Shown one piece after another: positions 62,553 through 64,000 of a DNA stretch of 64,000 bases (the first letter of the stretch is position 1; every line of letters starts with the position of its first letter). The stretch lies in contig NW_008246080.1 in assembly GCF_000281045.1 (NCBI RefSeq), positions 195,844 to 259,843 of the forward strand, given 5' to 3'. Position numbers and translations under genes: made by a program. The notes beneath the pieces were generated by a model, which ran no database searches, was not told the origin of the DNA, and saw only the letters and a program-made list of their open reading frames with translations. The DNA comes from Saprolegnia diclina VS20. Taxonomy: Eukaryota.

Positions 62553-63428
62553 ATGGAAGCTGCGCTGCAGACGATCGCGGCGATCGAGGCTGCTGCCAAG
62601 GACGGCCATGGCGGCCTCGCGCTCTTCATCATTGACCCGCAGGTGGACTTCCACCCGGGTGGCTCGCTGGCGATCCCGACGGCCAACGACGACGCCGAGC
62701 GCACCGCGGTCTTTATCCGCAAGCACATGGGTGCGATCACGCAGCTCGTCATTACGCTCGACTCGCACCAGCGCCTCCACATCGCCCATGGCGTCTTCTG
62801 GAAGGATCTGGACGGCGTGTCGCCGGCGCCGTTCACGCTCATCACGTCTGCGGACGTCGCCAGTGGCAAGTGGTCGCCGCGGGCGCCCGAACTGCAGGCG
62901 TATGCGTACGAGTACACAAAGGCGCTCGAGGCCGGCGGCCGCTTCACGCTCTGCATTTGGCCCGAGCACTGCATCATTGGCACGAAGGGCCAGGCGATCG
63001 TCGATGTCGTGCACGACGCGGCGCTTGAGTGGTCCCGCGTGAGCCGCCGCCCGATCACGTATGTGCAAAAAGGCAGCAACTGCTACACTGAGCACTACTC
63101 GGCGCTGCGTGCGGACGTCGAGCTGCCGCACGACCCCGAGACGTCGCTCAACGTCGGTCTCATTGACGCGCTCAAGACCGCGGGCGTCGTCGCCGTGTGC
63201 GGCCAAGCGCTCTCGCACTGCGTCAACTTTACAGTGCGCGACCTAGTGCAGCACTGGCCGGCGGGCCGCGCGAGCGACATTGCGATCTTGACCGACTGCA
63301 CGTCGCCCGTCGCGGGCTTTGAGTCGAGCGGCGCCGACTTTATCGCCGACATGAGCAAGCTTGGCGTGCGCTTCCTCGACTCGACCAGCGACGCGCTCCT
63401 TCTACGCTCGCCCCGCAAGAAGGTCTAA
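62553..63428 (+). CDS. Nicotinamidase-like cysteine hydrolase (isochorismatase superfamily)
   Basis: IIDPQVDF, LDSH..HIAH, IWPEHC, KGSN..TEHYSAL, GQALSHCV; intronless. Confidence 0.88.
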   Translation: MEAALQTIAAIEAAAKDGHGGLALFIIDPQVDFHPGGSLAIPTANDDAERTAVFIRKHMGAITQLVITLDSHQRLHIAHGVFWKDLDGVSPAPFTLITSADVASGKWSPRAPELQAYAYEYTKALEAGGRFTLCIWPEHCIIGTKGQAIVDVVHDAALEWSRVSRRPITYVQKGSNCYTEHYSALRADVELPHDPETSLNVGLIDALKTAGVVAVCGQALSHCVNFTVRDLVQHWPAGRASDIAILTDCTSPVAGFESSGADFIADMSKLGVRFLDSTSDALLLRSPRKKV

Positions 63429-63483
63429 GTCACGCGTTGCAAGCTGCGATTTCAATACATGCGCGTTCATTCGTCCTTGGTTC

Positions 63484-64000
63484 TTATGGCAAAAGGCGCG
63501 GCGCAGGCAGCTGGCGCGCCACCAGCACCCAGTCGTGCAAATGCATTTCGAGCAACCGCACGAGCACCGTGTTGGGGTCGTGGTGGCCGCGGACAGTCTC
63601 GAGCGTCCCGACAGCATCCTTCTTGAGGACGTAGTAGAAGAGCTTGCGGAAGAGTCCCCGGTCGGGCTGCTGGAAGAGCTTGACGCGGGCCTTGACGGCG
63701 TCGAGGGCCGTGGCCAGCGTCGCTCGCGACGCCGACGGGTGGCGTCGCTGGAGGTAAAGGATCTCGGCCTCCGACGCACGGTGCAAAACGCCAACAAGCT
63801 CGTCCTGCGGCCCATTCCACGGGATCGGCGCGGCCAACGCAGCGACGTTGGTGAGCGATGTCACGTGCGGTAGGCACGTCATCGACGACTGCAGTGCTTG
63901 CCACACCTCGTCGTGGCGGTCGAATAAGAGCTCGATGGGCACGCAGGGAAGCGACGTCGGCAGTGTTGGCGGGACGCCACGCTGCGTGTCTTCGGTGCGG
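63484..64000 (-). CDS. 3' part of a hypothetical protein (continues beyond the window)
   Basis: Open frame with coding-like codons ending RQLPAPRLLP*; no family recognised. Confidence 0.6.
   Translation of the reverse strand, partial: RTEDTQRGVPPTLPTSLPCVPIELLFDRHDEVWQALQSSMTCLPHVTSLTNVAALAAPIPWNGPQDELVGVLHRASEAEILYLQRRHPSASRATLATALDAVKARVKLFQQPDRGLFRKLFYYVLKKDAVGTLETVRGHHDPNTVLVRLLEMHLHDWVLVARQLPAPRLLP

Overview
Eukaryotic, gene-dense, GC-rich DNA with many short (about 40-70 nt) GT-AG introns. Gene content and intron style suggest an oomycete, most like Saprolegnia; this is an inference. Most ORF-track entries are antisense or shadow frames. Splicing by eye gives about 27 gene models. Housekeeping: clathrin heavy chain, succinyl-CoA ligase alpha, RuvBL2, a TMEM260-like gene, a C69 peptidase, a nicotinamidase-like gene and a methyltransferase. 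Local paralog sets: two ABCC transporters, two CAP-Gly/IQ/PPEF phosphatases, two CxxHGG zinc-finger genes, and three tandem genes sharing an unnamed Myb-like domain. Flagellar-type: GAS8/DRC4, a BART-domain protein and an NWE-motif candidate. Notable hidden features: a likely minor-spliceosome (U12, AT-AC) intron that restores the frame of a PH-EF-hand-Clu-TPR gene, a PHD-polyQ-CCT fusion, and a BART-WW protein whose likely last exon adds a polybasic CaaX box. There is one 541-N assembly gap. No rRNA, tRNA, CRISPR array or intact transposon was supported. All gene models and domain calls are by eye, with no database search.
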